Source of the DNA: an uncultured Bacteroidaceae bacterium
GTDB taxonomy: Bacteria > Bacillota > Clostridia > Christensenellales > CAG-917
Direction of reading: 5' to 3'
Length of the DNA stretch: 64,000 nt
Assembly: GCA_964637515.1 (NCBI GenBank)
Contig: CAZWUI010000003.1
Span: 46,087-110,086, forward strand
The notes under the pieces are model-generated. The model searched no databases. It was not told the DNA's origin and was given only the letters and a program-made list of their open reading frames with translations. The position numbers and the translations under genes are program-made. This document shows positions 9,468 through 19,027 of this stretch, piece after piece. Each line of letters starts with the position of its first letter. The first letter of the stretch is position 1.

Positions 9468-10778
9468 ATGAAAATTTGCAAATTCGGCGGTACGTCTATG
9501 GCAAACACCAAGACGATATTGCAAGTAGCGGACATAATAGGCGCGGATAGCGACAGACGATTTATCGTCGTTTCCGCTCCCGGCAAGAGAGACAAAGCGG
9601 ACGTCAAAGTCACGGACGCTCTTTACAAGTGCTTCAACGAAGTCAAAGAGTGCGGAAATTGTGACGAAACTTTCCCCGTCATCGAGAAACGTTTTCTCGA
9701 AATCGAAGAGGGATTGGGCGTTGACGTCGGCATGAAAAACGAACTTGCCGAAATCAAATATAGGATTGAAAACGGAGAGTCAAAGGATTACACCGCATCC
9801 CGCGGAGAGTATCTCTCTGCAAAACTCCTTGCCGCAAGACTCGGCGTTGCGTTCATCGACACGTTTGAACTCATCAAATTCAACGACAAAGGCAATCTCC
9901 AACTCGACTACTCGATAGACCTTATCCGCAGTAGACTCGAGGACGTGGACAGAGCGGTGCTTCCCGGATTTTACGGCTCGGACGCAGAGAGCAAAGTGCG
10001 CACTTTCTCCCGCGGCGGCAGTGATATAACGGGTGCTATCGTTGCTCGCGCAATGAATGCGGAAGTCTACGAAAATTGGACGGACGTCAACGGCTTCCTC
10101 ACCGCAAATCCCACTATCGTGGACGATCCCGAACATATCAGATATTTGAGCTATAAGGAACTGAGAGAACTTGCCTATATGGGTGCGGAAGTCCTGCACC
10201 CCGAAAGCGTGTTCCCCGTCCGTAGCGCAGGCATACCTATCAATATCAAAAACACATTCAACCCGAGTCACGAAGGCACGATGATCGTGCCGTCCAACAA
10301 ACTCCCCAAAAACGACAAAGTCATCACGGGTATCGCGGGCAAGAAGGGTTTCACAATCATCAATATCGAAAAAGATATGATGAATAGCGAAATCGGTTTC
10401 GTGCGCAAAGTGCTGTCCATTCTCGAATACGAAGGCGTATCTTTCGAGCACGTGCCGAGCGGTATCGACACCATGTCCCTTGTCGTCAGGGACGAATACC
10501 TGACCGGCAAAATGCAATCCCTGATCACCAAAATCCAAGATAGCGTGCAAGCGGATAGCGTGGATATTCACAGCGGACTTTCCTTGATAGCGACCGTTGG
10601 TCACAACATGGCATCTCGCCACGGCACCGCCGCAACGATAATGACTGCGCTTGCGGATGCGCATATCAACATACGAATGATAGACCAAGGCTCGTCCGAG
10701 CTTAACATAATCGTCGGCGTAGACACGTTCGACTACGAAAAGGCAATCAACGCAATCTACTATGCGTTCCGGAAGTGA
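9468..10778 (+). CDS. lysC: aspartate kinase
   Basis: KFGGTS N-terminal kinase motif, central amino-acid-kinase fold and two C-terminal ACT-like repeats. 436 aa. Confidence 0.9.
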   Translation: MKICKFGGTSMANTKTILQVADIIGADSDRRFIVVSAPGKRDKADVKVTDALYKCFNEVKECGNCDETFPVIEKRFLEIEEGLGVDVGMKNELAEIKYRIENGESKDYTASRGEYLSAKLLAARLGVAFIDTFELIKFNDKGNLQLDYSIDLIRSRLEDVDRAVLPGFYGSDAESKVRTFSRGGSDITGAIVARAMNAEVYENWTDVNGFLTANPTIVDDPEHIRYLSYKELRELAYMGAEVLHPESVFPVRSAGIPINIKNTFNPSHEGTMIVPSNKLPKNDKVITGIAGKKGFTIINIEKDMMNSEIGFVRKVLSILEYEGVSFEHVPSGIDTMSLVVRDEYLTGKMQSLITKIQDSVQADSVDIHSGLSLIATVGHNMASRHGTAATIMTALADAHINIRMIDQGSSELNIIVGVDTFDYEKAINAIYYAFRK

Positions 10779-10780
10779 GA

Positions 10781-10809
10781 AAAAGCACTCCAAACGGAGT
10801 GCTTTTTTA
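10781..10809 (+). terminator. intrinsic terminator of lysC, part of a repeated module
   Basis: aaaagcactcc-aaac-ggagtgctttttt. The extended module 10781-10813 is 32/33 identical to the module after upp (49024-49056). Confidence 0.75.
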
Positions 10810-10858
10810 ATGAAATATTCTATGCGTGTGATATATTGCCGCCGCAAGCATGATAAAT

Positions 10859-10888
10859 GCGGCTTGGGGACGGAGCAAAAATACGCAG
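10859..10888 (+). repeat. 30-nt dispersed intergenic motif (copy 1)
   Basis: gcggcttggggacggagcaaaaatacgcag is 27/30 identical to 30900-30929. Its core recurs in both arms of the 30932-31000 palindrome. Confidence 0.9.
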
Positions 10889-10924
10889 AAATAAAACTAA
10901 CTTTCTTTAATAAGGTGCGCTCCG

Positions 10925-10987
10925 GCGAGATTCCCACGCTTTGCTCGGAATGACAGAGTGAGTACACACTTGCTTTTTCGGAGACGG
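10925..10987 (+). repeat. X-Y hairpin repeat unit
   Basis: X (gcgagattcccacgctttgctcggaat) is 25/27 identical to the reverse complement of 38702-38728. Y (gagtacacac...ctttttcggagacgg) matches the reverse complement of 38739-38768. The 3' part of X is 18/20 identical to 49229-49248. Confidence 0.85.
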
Positions 10988-11081
10988 AACACGAGCCGCA
11001 ACGGCGGCGAGAACTTCGAGTGCCGAGCACGTCACAAGGAACTTTGCTTATTTCGCTTTCACAGAAAGCGATGACGGCATT

Positions 11082-11114
11082 AAAAAAGCACTGCGGATTG
11101 CAGTGCTTTTTTTT
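11082..11114 (-). terminator. intrinsic (bidirectional) terminator of the acyl-CoA synthetase gene
   Basis: A-run, then gcactgc-ggatt-gcagtgc, then T-run, immediately after the stop codon on the minus strand. Confidence 0.75.
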
Positions 11115-12768
11115 ATTTCTTTTCGTCGTTTTTGCGGATCTCGACACGACGGATTTTGCCTGAAATCGTCTTTGGCATTTCGTCCACAAATTCGATGATG
11201 CGCGGATATTTGTAAGGCGCGGTCGCTTGTTTTACGTGGTTTTGAAGTTCCTTTTTCAGTTCTTCGCTAGGGGTGTAGCCGTTTGCAAGCACGATCGTCG
11301 CTTTGACGACTTGCACACGGAGCGGATCGGGTACGCCCGTGATTGCACATTCGAGAACGGCGGGGTGTTCCATAAGCGCAGATTCCACTTCAAACGGTCC
11401 GATACGGTATCCGCTCGATTTGATAATATCGTCCTTTCTGCCTACGAACCAGAATATGCCGTTCTTATCGCGCATGGCAAGGTCGCCTGTGTGGTAGTAT
11501 TTGCCGTTGCGTGCCTGTGCGGTGCGTTCGGGTTCCCCCTTATAGTTTGAGACCAAGCCGTATTGGTGGGGGCGTAGGCGGATTGCGATTTCGCCTTCGA
11601 CGCCGTCCGCAACGGGATTTTCGTCGTCGTCGATGAGGTCTATGTCGTAGCAGGGACTAGGCTTGCCGAGAGAGCCGGGAATAGGCTCCATACCCTTGAA
11701 AGTCGCAAGAATAACGGATGATTCCGTCTGCCCGAAACCTTCGTAGATTTTGTGTCCCGTCGCGTCGTAGAATTGCTTGAAAACTTCCGCATTCAACGCT
11801 TCTCCTGCGGTGGTGCAGTGCACGATAGAGCCGAAATCGTATTTGGACAAATCTTCTCTTATCAAGAAGCGATATATAGTGGGCGGTGCGCAGAAAGTCG
11901 TAACGCCGTATTTGCCGAGAAGGGGGAGAATATCCGTAGGGGTGAATCTGCCGTTGTAGTCGTAGACGAAAATCGCAGTGCCTGCAATCCATTGTCCGTA
12001 GATTTTGCCCCAACTGCACTTCGCCCAACCTGTTTCCGCCATGGTGAAATGCAGACCGTCGTCCACAACCTGTTGCCAGAAAAATGCGGTGAAGATATGC
12101 GCCAAAGGATATTCAAAATTGTGTTGGACCATTTTGGGCATACCCGTAGTGCCCGACGTGAAATAGCAGAGCATATCGTCGTTCCATTGGGGGCGGGGTA
12201 GGTCGGACGGCAAAACGTCGGATTCCTGCATGATAAGGTCGTCGAAACAACGATAGCCGTCGACGGGCTCGGTGTATATGCACTCTTTGAGAGTGGTGCA
12301 TTTGTCAAGGGCAAGTCCTATATGTTCGATGACGTCCGCTTCTGCCGTCGCGACGATGACTTTGACTTCTGCATTGTTTGCGCGGTAGTAGACGTCTTTG
12401 GGGGTGAGCAGGTGAGTGGCGGGGATAAGCACGACGCCGATTTTGCAACAGGCAACCGCAAGCACCCAAAACTCCCATCTACGATTGAGCATACCCATCA
12501 CGTAGTCGCCTTTTTTCAGTCCCATACCGAGAAGAAGATTTGCGCAACGATTGCTGAGTTTGGATATATCGTCGAAAGTGAAGATGCGCTCCTCGCCCTT
12601 GCTATTGCACCAAACCAATGCACGCTTTGAGGGTTGGAGTCGTGCATATTCGTCAACAACGTCAAAACCGAAATTGAAACCGTCGGGGACGGTCAGTCTG
12701 CAATTCGCACTGAAATCCTCGTAATCGTTGAAGTCGGTTCTGTTCAGAAATTTTGACAAAAGGTTCAT
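11113..12768 (-). CDS. AMP-forming acyl-CoA synthetase (medium-chain/acetate-like family)
   Basis: AMP-binding motif YFTSGTTGMPK, GEALN, YHTGD...DGIFWFVGRKDD and a C-terminal GKIRR lysine motif. Confidence 0.8.
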   Translation of the reverse strand: MNLLSKFLNRTDFNDYEDFSANCRLTVPDGFNFGFDVVDEYARLQPSKRALVWCNSKGEERIFTFDDISKLSNRCANLLLGMGLKKGDYVMGMLNRRWEFWVLAVACCKIGVVLIPATHLLTPKDVYYRANNAEVKVIVATAEADVIEHIGLALDKCTTLKECIYTEPVDGYRCFDDLIMQESDVLPSDLPRPQWNDDMLCYFTSGTTGMPKMVQHNFEYPLAHIFTAFFWQQVVDDGLHFTMAETGWAKCSWGKIYGQWIAGTAIFVYDYNGRFTPTDILPLLGKYGVTTFCAPPTIYRFLIREDLSKYDFGSIVHCTTAGEALNAEVFKQFYDATGHKIYEGFGQTESSVILATFKGMEPIPGSLGKPSPCYDIDLIDDDENPVADGVEGEIAIRLRPHQYGLVSNYKGEPERTAQARNGKYYHTGDLAMRDKNGIFWFVGRKDDIIKSSGYRIGPFEVESALMEHPAVLECAITGVPDPLRVQVVKATIVLANGYTPSEELKKELQNHVKQATAPYKYPRIIEFVDEMPKTISGKIRRVEIRKNDEKK

Positions 12769-12880
12769 CGTTAGTCCTTTTCCGCTCGCGCGGAATATAC
12801 GTCGAATATATATTGCTTTAGTACGCTAAATAAAATAATATCACAGTTTTTACGTCTTGGATAGCATTTTGTTAAAATTA

Positions 12881-12909
12881 TTGCATACGGCGACGGTTTG
12901 TGCTAAAAT
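12881..12909 (+). promoter_or_regulatory. sigma-70-type promoter of the orf-orf-uvrB-uvrA operon
   Basis: ttgcat, 17-nt spacer, taaaat, followed by AGGAGG and ATG 12932. Confidence 0.5.
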
Positions 12910-12931
12910 CATATAGCAATAGGAGGTCGTT

Positions 12932-13342
12932 ATGCTTGACGGAGATGCCAAAGTAGTGTACGAAGCACTCAAAAAAATCACGGGGGACGACGAAGTCTAC
13001 AAAGTCGTCGAGGCGGAAGAAATCATGGAGATTTTGCCGTACGCTATGTCCAAACTTCAACTCTCCGGCGCAATCCGCGATTTGAAAGATAGCGACTACA
13101 TCAGAGTTAAGTATTTCACCCCCGACGAGTATTGTCTCATCACACTGAAACGCAACGAGCAACCCGCCGTCGTCGAGATAGGCGAGAAGAAAGAAACGAC
13201 ACCCGAAATCGCTCCCGAAAAGACCGTCGTCACAGTCAAAAGCGGAGGCGGAAAAGCGTTTTTAGGTGCATTTCTCGGTGCTTTGCTCGGTTCGGGAATC
13301 GTCGTCACCATTGCTATACTGATAACAAGATTCGCACTTTAA
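12932..13342 (+). CDS. small membrane-anchored protein with wHTH-like N-terminal domain (paralog 1)
   Basis: Strong RBS AGGAGG. A soluble domain of about 75 aa, a Pro/Glu/Thr linker and one C-terminal TM helix (AFLGAFLGALLGSGIVVTIAILI). Paralogous to the next gene. Confidence 0.55.
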   Translation: MLDGDAKVVYEALKKITGDDEVYKVVEAEEIMEILPYAMSKLQLSGAIRDLKDSDYIRVKYFTPDEYCLITLKRNEQPAVVEIGEKKETTPEIAPEKTVVTVKSGGGKAFLGAFLGALLGSGIVVTIAILITRFAL

Positions 13343-13390
13343 CCATACATAACGATGATATAAACGTCGCATTATGCGACTTGGGAGATT

Positions 13391-13792
13391 ATGGCAGTTA
13401 CACTCGAAAAACAACACGTTCTCACCAAAAAAGAGAAAAACGTCATGCGCATTATCTATCAGGCGTCCGCAAAAAACGGCACCTGTTTGATCACGCCCAT
13501 AGACATTTTCGAGAAACTCTCTCTCGACCTTGAATACGACGAGGAAGAATTGGACACCATTCTTCGTAACTTGGAACTCGACGACTACTTCGACTTGACG
13601 AGATCGGACAAAAAAGGGGAACTCGTCTATTGTATCAATATGCACCAAAAGGGGCTTGCCTTCGCAAGAGTCGAAAGAGCGTTCAGAAGCAATATCGTGT
13701 TCAGACTTTTGCTCGCACTTGCGACGGGCACCGTGTCCGCAATCATTGGCGTGCTCATCAAGTACGTGTTCGTTCCTCTCATACAAGGCTGA
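13391..13792 (+). CDS. small membrane-anchored protein with wHTH-like N-terminal domain (paralog 2)
   Basis: Same architecture as 12932-13342 ([13 protein letters not shown]..., DDYFDL, LVYCI; C-terminal [20 protein letters not shown]). Its stop overlaps the uvrB ATG (TGATG). Confidence 0.55.
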   Translation: MAVTLEKQHVLTKKEKNVMRIIYQASAKNGTCLITPIDIFEKLSLDLEYDEEELDTILRNLELDDYFDLTRSDKKGELVYCINMHQKGLAFARVERAFRSNIVFRLLLALATGTVSAIIGVLIKYVFVPLIQG

Positions 13793-15747
13793 TGAAATTT
13801 GAACTTGTTTCTTCATATAAGCCGTGCGGTGATCAACCGCAGGCAATAGAAAAACTTGCCGAAGGCATTGAAAACGGTTTTTCCACTCAGGTACTATTGG
13901 GCGTTACCGGGAGCGGAAAAACTTTTACTATGGCAAACGTCATCGAAAAAGTTCAACGTCCCGCACTCGTCATTGCGCACAACAAAACCCTTGCCGCCCA
14001 ACTTTGCAATGAGTTTCGCGAATTTTTCCCGAAGAACAGAGTTGAGTTTTTCGTGAGTTACTACGACTACTATCAACCCGAAGCGTACATTCCCCGCTCG
14101 GATACCTATATCGAAAAAGAACTCGAAATCAACGACGAAATCGATAAACTCCGCCACTCCGCCACCGCATCCCTTTGCGAAAGACGGGACGTTATCGTGG
14201 TGTCGTCCGTCAGTTGTATCTACGGCTTGGGCGCACCCGTGGACTACTATTCACAGGCGGTTTCGTTGAGAGAAGGTGAGGACGTCGACCGCGACGAACT
14301 TCTCCGAAAACTCGTGGATATTCAATATAAGCGTGCGGACTTCGATTTTGTGCGTTCCACGTTCAGAGTGCGTGGGGACGTCGTGGATATTTTCCCTGCA
14401 AGTAATAGCGAAATCGCAATAAGAGTGGAATTTTTCGGGGATACTATTGAGAGAATAAGCGAAATCGACGGTGTAACTGGCAAAATCGTCAACGACTTGA
14501 AACATACCGTCATTTTCCCCGCAAGCCATTACGTAGTCAGCGGTGAGAAAGAAAAAATATTCGCTCAAATCATGCGCGATAAACAGGCGCAAGTGGAGTT
14601 TTTCGAGGCAAACGGCAAACTTATAGAGGCGCAACGTATCGACGAAAGAGTCAATTACGACGTCGAAATGATGAGAGAAATGGGGTACTGTACGGGTATC
14701 GAAAACTACTCTCGCTACTTCGATGGCAGACAGGTCGGACAACCGCCTTATACTCTGCTTGACTTCTTCCCGAAAGACTTTGTTGTATTCGTGGACGAGA
14801 GTCATATGACTCTTCCGCAGGTCAGGGGTATGTTCAACGGCGACAGGGCAAGAAAGAAAAATCTCGTTGATTACGGATTTCGTCTTCCCGCGGCGTACGA
14901 CAATCGTCCCCTTGAATTTAACGAATTTGACAGTCGAATACGTCAAATGGTGTGCGTGTCCGCAACTCCCGCGCAGTTTGAACTCGACCGTGCCGACGAA
15001 GTTGCAGAGCAACTCATACGCCCTACGGGACTCTTGGACCCCGAAATCGAAGTGCGCCCTGTGGACGGGCAGATTGACGACCTAATCGGTGAAATCAAGA
15101 AAGTCACGGACAGAAAGGGCAGAGTGCTTGTCACGACTCTCACCAAAAAAATGGCGGAAAATCTCACCGAATATCTGAAAGAAGTCGGGGTGAAAGTCAG
15201 ATATATGCACTCGGATATCGACACCTTGGAACGTATTGATATAGTGGGTGCGTTACGCAGCGGAGAGTTCGACGTGCTTGTTGGAATCAACCTTTTGAGA
15301 GAAGGGCTCGACCTTCCCGAAGTCGAACTCGTTGCCATTCTCGATGCGGACAAGGAAGGCTTTTTGAGAAGCGAACAGGCACTCATTCAAACTATAGGCA
15401 GAGCCGCCCGAAACGACAAGGGCAGAGTCGTGATGTATGCCGACGTCATCACGGACAGCATGAAGAAAGCAATCGACGAAACAAACCGCCGTCGCAAGAT
15501 CCAAGACGACTACAACAAGGCGCACGGCATTGTTCCGAAGACCATAGAACGCAAGTTCACGAACACCCTTGAAATCACCAAAAAGAAAGTTAAAGATACA
15601 AAATTGTCACCTAAAGACCTTATTTCGGAAATCGAACGCTTGAAAGGACTTATGAAAGCGGCATCCGCAGAACTTGATTTTGAGCGCGCTATCAAGCTCC
15701 GCGACGAGATGAACGAATTGAAAAAACAGGTCAAAAAACTGAAGTAA
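13792..15747 (+). CDS. uvrB: excinuclease ABC subunit B
   Basis: Canonical N-terminus [19 protein letters not shown], Walker A GVTGSGKT, helicase motifs and a C-terminal UVR domain ([14 protein letters not shown]). The track start 13630 is an out-of-context extension. Confidence 0.95.
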   Translation: MKFELVSSYKPCGDQPQAIEKLAEGIENGFSTQVLLGVTGSGKTFTMANVIEKVQRPALVIAHNKTLAAQLCNEFREFFPKNRVEFFVSYYDYYQPEAYIPRSDTYIEKELEINDEIDKLRHSATASLCERRDVIVVSSVSCIYGLGAPVDYYSQAVSLREGEDVDRDELLRKLVDIQYKRADFDFVRSTFRVRGDVVDIFPASNSEIAIRVEFFGDTIERISEIDGVTGKIVNDLKHTVIFPASHYVVSGEKEKIFAQIMRDKQAQVEFFEANGKLIEAQRIDERVNYDVEMMREMGYCTGIENYSRYFDGRQVGQPPYTLLDFFPKDFVVFVDESHMTLPQVRGMFNGDRARKKNLVDYGFRLPAAYDNRPLEFNEFDSRIRQMVCVSATPAQFELDRADEVAEQLIRPTGLLDPEIEVRPVDGQIDDLIGEIKKVTDRKGRVLVTTLTKKMAENLTEYLKEVGVKVRYMHSDIDTLERIDIVGALRSGEFDVLVGINLLREGLDLPEVELVAILDADKEGFLRSEQALIQTIGRAARNDKGRVVMYADVITDSMKKAIDETNRRRKIQDDYNKAHGIVPKTIERKFTNTLEITKKKVKDTKLSPKDLISEIERLKGLMKAASAELDFERAIKLRDEMNELKKQVKKLK

Positions 15748-15748
15748 T

Positions 15749-18559
15749 ATGAAAGACATAATCGTAAAAGGCGCAAAAGAAAACAACCTTAAAAACGTTG
15801 ACTTGACAATACCGCGTGACAAACTCGTGGTGTTTTCTGGTTTGTCGGGAAGCGGTAAATCCTCCCTTGCTTTCGACACCATTTTTGCGGAAGGACAACG
15901 CAAGTATATGGAGAGTTTGTCTTCGTATGCGCGTATGTTTCTCGGTCAAATGCAAAAGCCCGATGTCGAGTATATCGAAGGGCTTTCCCCGGCGGTTTCC
16001 ATAGATCAAAAAACCACTTCCAAAAATCCGCGTTCGACGGTCGGCACCGTCACTGAAATCTACGACTACTTCCGTCTTCTTTACGCACGCATAGGCAGAC
16101 CTCATTGCCCGAAGTGCGGGCGTGAAATCGAAAGGCAGACGGTCGATCAAATAGCGGATAGAATTATGGCGAGAGAAGGTGCGAAAACTCTTATCGTTGC
16201 GCCTATCGTCAGGGGCAGAAAGGGGGAATATAAAAAGGAACTCGAAATGCTCAAACGCGCAGGCTATGTCAGAGTGCGCGTGGACGGAGTGAATTACACC
16301 CTTGACGAAGAAATCAAATTGGATAAAAACGTCAAGCACGAAATCGGCGTGATTATCGACAGACTCGTCATAAAAGACGGTGTTATGCGCAGAGTAACCG
16401 AAGCGGTTGAAAACGCGGTCAAACTTGCAGAAGGACTCGTCGTTGTGGACTTTGACGGCGAAGTCGTCACTTATTCCACGAAATATTCTTGCCCCGATTG
16501 CGAATTGAGTTTTGAGGAACTCACTCCGAGATTGTTCTCGTTCAACAATCCTTACGGTGCTTGCCCCGCTTGTACTGGACTTGGTTTCACGCAAGAAATC
16601 GATCCCAATCTTCTCATCAAAGACAAAAATTTGTCCTTGCGCGAAGGCGGTATCAAGGCAAGCGGTTGGTTTATCGACACGAGCAAAATGTGCGATATGC
16701 AATTCCGCGCGCTTGCGGACGCGTACGGTTTTTCCATTGATACGCCAATAAAGGACTTGCCCGAATGGGTGCTGAATATGATTTTCTACGGCAACGACGG
16801 GGACAGGATTCCTATGGAATACAATACTCGCAACTTTTCGGGAAAATTCAACAGCAGTTTTGAAGGCATAGTCAACAACTTGCAACGCAGATACCGCGAA
16901 ACGGACAGTGAAATGGTCAAAATGGAAATCTCTCGCTATATGCGTGAAGTTCCTTGTGCCGTATGTGGCGGAAAACGGTTGAAACCCGAAGCGCTTGCGG
17001 TCACCGTAGGCGGAAAAAATATCGTCGAATTGTGCGATATGTCCGTCGTGGACGTTGATGCGTTTTTGAGCGCACTCACGCTCACCGAGACTGAAGAGCT
17101 TATCGCGCGCAGAATACTCAAAGAGATACACGCAAGACTCCGATTCCTCATCAACGTCGGACTTGGCTATCTCACTCTATCTCGTACCGCAGCGACTTTG
17201 AGCGGCGGTGAGAGTCAACGTATCCGCCTTGCCACTCAAATCGGTAGCGGACTGACGGGAGTGCTTTATATTCTTGACGAGCCGAGCATAGGTTTGCACC
17301 AACGCGACAATCAAAAACTCCTTGCATCTCTCAAAGGTTTGAGAGATTTGGGCAATACGCTCATCGTCGTCGAGCACGACGAAGAAACCATACGAGAAGC
17401 GGACTATATCGTAGATATAGGTCCCGGCGCAGGCGTGCACGGAGGTGAAGTCGTTGCGTGCGGTAGCGTTGACGATATTATCGCTTGCAAGGATAGTATC
17501 ACGGGAAAATATCTGTCGGGAGAGTATAGTATAGACGTGCCTATCGCAAGGCGCGAAATCTCGGATAGGTGGATCGAAATCAAGGGCGCAAAACAAAACA
17601 ACTTGAAAAATATCGACGTCAAATTGCCCGTCGGAGTGTTCACCGCGATAACAGGTGTGTCGGGAAGCGGGAAATCGAGCCTTATCAACGAAATTCTCTA
17701 TCCCGCACTCTCGAACGAACTTATGGGTAGCAAACTTCCCGAAGGTGCATATTCAAAAATCAATGGTGTCGAATTTCTCGACAAGGTCATCTGCATAGAC
17801 CAAAGTCCGATAGGGCGCACTCCGCGCTCCAACCCCGCAACGTATACCGGTGTATTTTCACCGATTAGGGAGTTGTTCGCATCCTTGCCCGACGCAAAAT
17901 CAAGGGGATACGGCGCGGGCAGATTCTCGTTCAATATTTCGGGCGGCCGTTGCGAGCATTGTTCGGGGGACGGTATCATCCGCATAGAAATGCACTTTCT
18001 GCCCGACATCTACATTCCGTGCGAAGTGTGCAAGGGCTCAAGATACAACCGCGAAACTTTGGAAGTCAAATACAAAGGCAAGAGCATAGGCGACGTGCTT
18101 GAAATGACGGTTGAAGAGAGCCTTGAATTTTTCAAGAACGTGCCGAAGATCAGAAACAAAATCCAAACCCTTTACGACGTCGGACTCGGTTATATCAAAC
18201 TCGGACAGTCGTCCACCACGCTCAGCGGCGGTGAGGCGCAGAGAGTGAAACTTGCAACCGAGCTCAGCAAACGTAGCACGGGCAAAACCATATACATTCT
18301 TGACGAACCCACGACGGGACTTCACACTCACGACGTCGCAAGACTCCTCGACATACTCGGCAGACTTGCGGATGCGGGGAATACTGTCGTCGTCATCGAA
18401 CACAATCTCGACGTCATCAAAGTCGCGGACTACGTGATAGACCTCGGCCCCGAAGGCGGAAACGGCGGCGGAAGAGTCATTGCAAAAGGCACCCCCGAAC
18501 AAGTTGCAAAATCCAAAGGCAGTGCCACCGGAGAATTTCTATCCAAAATCCTAAAATAG
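15749..18559 (+). CDS. uvrA: excinuclease ABC subunit A
   Basis: Two ABC modules (GLSGSGKSS and GVSGSGKSS; two LSGGE signatures) and CxxC zinc modules. 936 aa. Confidence 0.95.
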   Translation: MKDIIVKGAKENNLKNVDLTIPRDKLVVFSGLSGSGKSSLAFDTIFAEGQRKYMESLSSYARMFLGQMQKPDVEYIEGLSPAVSIDQKTTSKNPRSTVGTVTEIYDYFRLLYARIGRPHCPKCGREIERQTVDQIADRIMAREGAKTLIVAPIVRGRKGEYKKELEMLKRAGYVRVRVDGVNYTLDEEIKLDKNVKHEIGVIIDRLVIKDGVMRRVTEAVENAVKLAEGLVVVDFDGEVVTYSTKYSCPDCELSFEELTPRLFSFNNPYGACPACTGLGFTQEIDPNLLIKDKNLSLREGGIKASGWFIDTSKMCDMQFRALADAYGFSIDTPIKDLPEWVLNMIFYGNDGDRIPMEYNTRNFSGKFNSSFEGIVNNLQRRYRETDSEMVKMEISRYMREVPCAVCGGKRLKPEALAVTVGGKNIVELCDMSVVDVDAFLSALTLTETEELIARRILKEIHARLRFLINVGLGYLTLSRTAATLSGGESQRIRLATQIGSGLTGVLYILDEPSIGLHQRDNQKLLASLKGLRDLGNTLIVVEHDEETIREADYIVDIGPGAGVHGGEVVACGSVDDIIACKDSITGKYLSGEYSIDVPIARREISDRWIEIKGAKQNNLKNIDVKLPVGVFTAITGVSGSGKSSLINEILYPALSNELMGSKLPEGAYSKINGVEFLDKVICIDQSPIGRTPRSNPATYTGVFSPIRELFASLPDAKSRGYGAGRFSFNISGGRCEHCSGDGIIRIEMHFLPDIYIPCEVCKGSRYNRETLEVKYKGKSIGDVLEMTVEESLEFFKNVPKIRNKIQTLYDVGLGYIKLGQSSTTLSGGEAQRVKLATELSKRSTGKTIYILDEPTTGLHTHDVARLLDILGRLADAGNTVVVIEHNLDVIKVADYVIDLGPEGGNGGGRVIAKGTPEQVAKSKGSATGEFLSKILK

Positions 18560-18641
18560 CAATATGAGCGGGGAGCGACAGAAATCGTTTAATTACGAAG
18601 TGTTAATATAGAATCAAAATTGATTAAAAAGCAAAGAAAAA

Positions 18642-18674
18642 AGCGGGACACTAAATGTGTTCCGCTTTTGGTTT
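18642..18674 (+). terminator. intrinsic terminator after uvrA
   Basis: agcgggacac-taaat-gtgttccgct followed by a T-rich tract. Confidence 0.55.
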
Positions 18675-18711
18675 GGGCGGCGACGAAAAAATGGAGAAAA
18701 CGTCGCGCTGA

Positions 18712-18924
18712 TTAGTAATTTCTTCTGCCGATGAGATAGTCAACCGATACGCCGAAAAGTATGCTCATCTCAATGAGTACGTCAAAACTCGGTTGATTTC
18801 TGCCGACTTCCCAGCCTGATACGGCGGATTTTGTGACTTTGAGATGCTCCGCAAGGTCGCTTTGTTTCAAGCCTTGCTCTTTGCGTAGGGACTTCAATCT
18901 TTCAGGAAAACAGGTGTGTAGCAT
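18712..18924 (-). CDS. XRE-family HTH transcriptional regulator
   Basis: HTH_3 pattern (LKSLRKEQGLKQSDLAEHLKVTKSAVSGWEVGRNQPS). ATG 18924 lies 5 nt after GGAGG; the track start 18960 lacks an RBS. Confidence 0.75.
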   Translation of the reverse strand: MLHTCFPERLKSLRKEQGLKQSDLAEHLKVTKSAVSGWEVGRNQPSFDVLIEMSILFGVSVDYLIGRRNY

Positions 18925-18948
18925 ATTTGCCTCCATAGTTATGAAAGC

Positions 18949-18977
18949 ATTATAAAACACGGTTTGTGTTTTGTCAA
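18949..18977 (-). promoter_or_regulatory. consensus promoter of the XRE gene with a palindromic spacer
   Basis: On the minus strand: ttgaca, 17-nt spacer, tataat. The spacer contains aaacac-N5-gtgttt. Confidence 0.6.
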
Positions 18978-19027
18978 CGCACGAACCGTGTTTTTCGTCA
19001 AATTTTTCTATATTTTGTCAAACGCTG

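Noticed and set aside
13630-13791. 54-codon upstream extension of uvrB in the ORF track.
   Set aside because: The canonical UvrB N-terminus begins at [11 protein letters not shown] (ATG 13792). The extension overlaps the preceding real gene in another frame.
15731-17131. Very long ORFs antisense to real genes. Examples: 15731-17131 opposite uvrA, 22776-24359 opposite the ABC gene, 9780-11189 opposite lysC, 46953-48326 opposite the permease, 57233-58507, 35759-36880, 32722-33831, 4113-5141 and 2427-3401.
   Set aside because: They are codon-aligned shadows of the sense genes; I checked the frame arithmetic for uvrA, the ABC gene and the permease. The sense genes largely avoid TTA, CTA and TCA codons, which leaves the complementary frame free of stops. 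Their translations are low-complexity (R/H/F/V-rich), lack RBSs and cross terminators.
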